From: Octopus bimaculoides
Taxonomy: Eukaryota
Direction of reading: 5' to 3'
DNA: 35,941 nucleotides
Assembly (NCBI RefSeq): GCF_001194135.2
Contig: NC_068984.1
Location: 87,475,039-87,510,979, forward strand
Part shown: piece after piece, positions 34,275 to 35,941 of the stretch
How the letters are laid out: every line of letters starts with the position of its first letter
How positions within the stretch are numbered: position 1 is the stretch's first letter
Translations under genes and position numbers: made by a program
The notes under the pieces: model-generated
Database searches by the model: none
What the model was told of the DNA's origin: nothing
The model's input: only the letters and a program-made list of their open reading frames with translations

Positions 34275-35050
34275 CTGGGCATATATTCTGGGTGTGCTAG
34301 GTATGCGCTGCACACCCATTGAAAATGGCAAATTACTCATTAATTTAATCACAAATCATAATGGAAAACTTTTTTATACCCCTGCTTGAAATTTGGTGGT
34401 GGGTGTCCTGAAATGACACTGCACACCTCACAGTGCATTGTATCATAATTTGGTACTGGGTGTATTTTAGGAAATGGGAGAAAGGCAAAAAATTAATGAT
34501 AAAGGGTGTGTGACAATTTTGATGGCATGGCCACATGTTCGTTTTTGTGGCGAAAAGTTGTATGTTGAATTTAATTTAAAATTCCTAAACTGAAACTAAG
34601 TTGTTTTTACAATAATTTTTTTTCTTACAATATCATCTTATAACTTTGATCTTAATTTGTTTTCAAAACTAATAATACACTTTTAGAAGTCAGAAGCAAA
34701 GTTTAAGTCAGGTCGAATTCTCACACCAAACACTACAAGTATGGGCAGTATTAGCTGTTTTGTTGTTTTGTCACTGAAAATGGTTTAATGTGAAAGGTTG
34801 TGCATTGGTATTTTGCTCAGTGAATTTTGTGATTTTCTTAGATGTGTGCTTAGGCATTATATTTAAAATTTAATTAATGATGATCTTAAATGCTTTTACA
34901 GTCGCAGAAATACGCACTTTTCATTTAATTTTCAGTGATTATATACTGATTAGTAACAAAATTGTACGATGGGGTTATTGAACATTTTATGTCATTTTAC
35001 GAACATTTTGTGGCAGCACACCCAATGACAACAACCATTATGCACCACCG
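34275..35050. mobile_element. possible non-autonomous DNA transposon between two (TA)n tracts
   Basis: Left end GGGCATA...TGGGTGTGCT; right end reverse-complements to GGTGCATA...TGGGTGTGCTGC; (TA)n on both sides. The TIR match is weak. Confidence 0.3.
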
Positions 35051-35602
35051 ATATATATATCTATATACATAGATGCAGTAACCATATCATCTTTTTTGTT
35101 TATGACAATATCTAATGTATTCTCTCTTTTTTAATGGATAGAAATTGCTATTACAAGCAGGTTGAAAGGCCACGTAGAAGCTCCTTCATTTGCAATGCAA
35201 ATGGCTTTGGTATAAAAAGGGATTATACCAACCTACCGAAGACTGCCCTTATTTTTATGTTGTAAGCTTCCTGCTTTAAACTAATATAAATAAAAACCTT
35301 TTTGTTAATTTATGTTCTAAACACTACTAATGACAGTTATTTTACTGAATTCTTAATTATTTAAAAAATGAATTGAAACATTGTATTTTGGCAGAAATAT
35401 GGTAATGAAAGTGTCAATTCATGTGATGCAAAGTGTAATGTATAATATAAATGCATGATTTGAATATTGTATATTTTTTGTGCTCTAAAATGAAGAGACT
35501 GTGTGCTTAGTAGTAGTACAAAAATGTTTCTGTATTCCTATGGCTTCATAGTTTGTCAGTGGATTTTCTTATATTTTCTCTCATATTTTTCTTTTTTAAC
35601 AG

Positions 35603-35752
35603 TGGCCATTTGTTAGATTTTTTGGTATTCAAGAACCTGCTTCTGCGATATTTTCCCTCTTCAATGCTTTAACACATATGATGATTTTCAAATTCCGAGC
35701 CAGGGTGCCATCTGTTGCTCCAATGTACTATGTGTGGCATTCAATGGCTGTG
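35603..35752 (+). CDS. PGAP3: PGAP3 next coding exon, 50 codons; the gene continues beyond the window
   Basis: Polypyrimidine tract and AACAG acceptor ending at 35602; WPFVRFFGIQEPASAIFSLFNALTHMMIFKFRARVPSVAPMYYVWHSMAV; donor GTG|GTAAGT at 35753. It joins in frame to give the family motif QFYGK|WPF.R..G.QEPAS..FS..N. Confidence 0.95.
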
Positions 35753-35941
35753 GTAAGTTCAGAATTCTTTTAACTGGCCATGTCCATCCCAAATATTCTT
35801 CTTGTTTTATGTTCAAATTGACCTGATCCAACCTCTCACACCTACCCTACAATATCATTCTAAGAATAAGCAATTACTTCATCAATATCTTGAAGCTGAA
35901 ATAATTCATGATTAGTTAAAAAGAAAGAGAAAGAATGAATA

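Noticed and set aside
1-35941. CRISPR arrays, rRNA, prokaryotic operons
   Set aside because: None seen; the sequence is intron-containing eukaryotic DNA.

Overview
AT-rich eukaryotic genomic DNA with four assembly gaps. The tRNA-derived SINE families, RTE LINE tails and dense microsatellites point to an octopod cephalopod, probably Octopus (inferred from repeat style, not from a database match). The only host gene I can support is PGAP3 (Per1 family, GPI-anchor remodelling) on the + strand. Two coding exons are visible (26661-26948 and 35603-35752), joined in frame across an 8.65-kb GT-AG intron. The first coding exon is preceded by a splice acceptor, so a 5'-UTR exon lies upstream, possibly in the CpG-retaining region at about 3.7-6.1 kb. 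The rest is layered transposon debris: a Helitron 3' end, about 15 SINE copies, RTE LINE fragments, a mariner C-terminus, a Penelope-like GIY-YIG endonuclease remnant and several foldback elements. The most notable signal is a set of type I hammerhead-ribozyme motifs. Three related copies lie in a tandem-plus-inverted ~346-bp repeat array at 19.46-20.54 kb, and three unrelated motifs lie at about 6.37, 10.64 and 16.2 kb. They look like retrozyme or Penelope-type relics, mostly degenerate, and activity is untested. No rRNA, true tRNA genes or CRISPR arrays were seen. Repeat boundaries were set by eye and are approximate.
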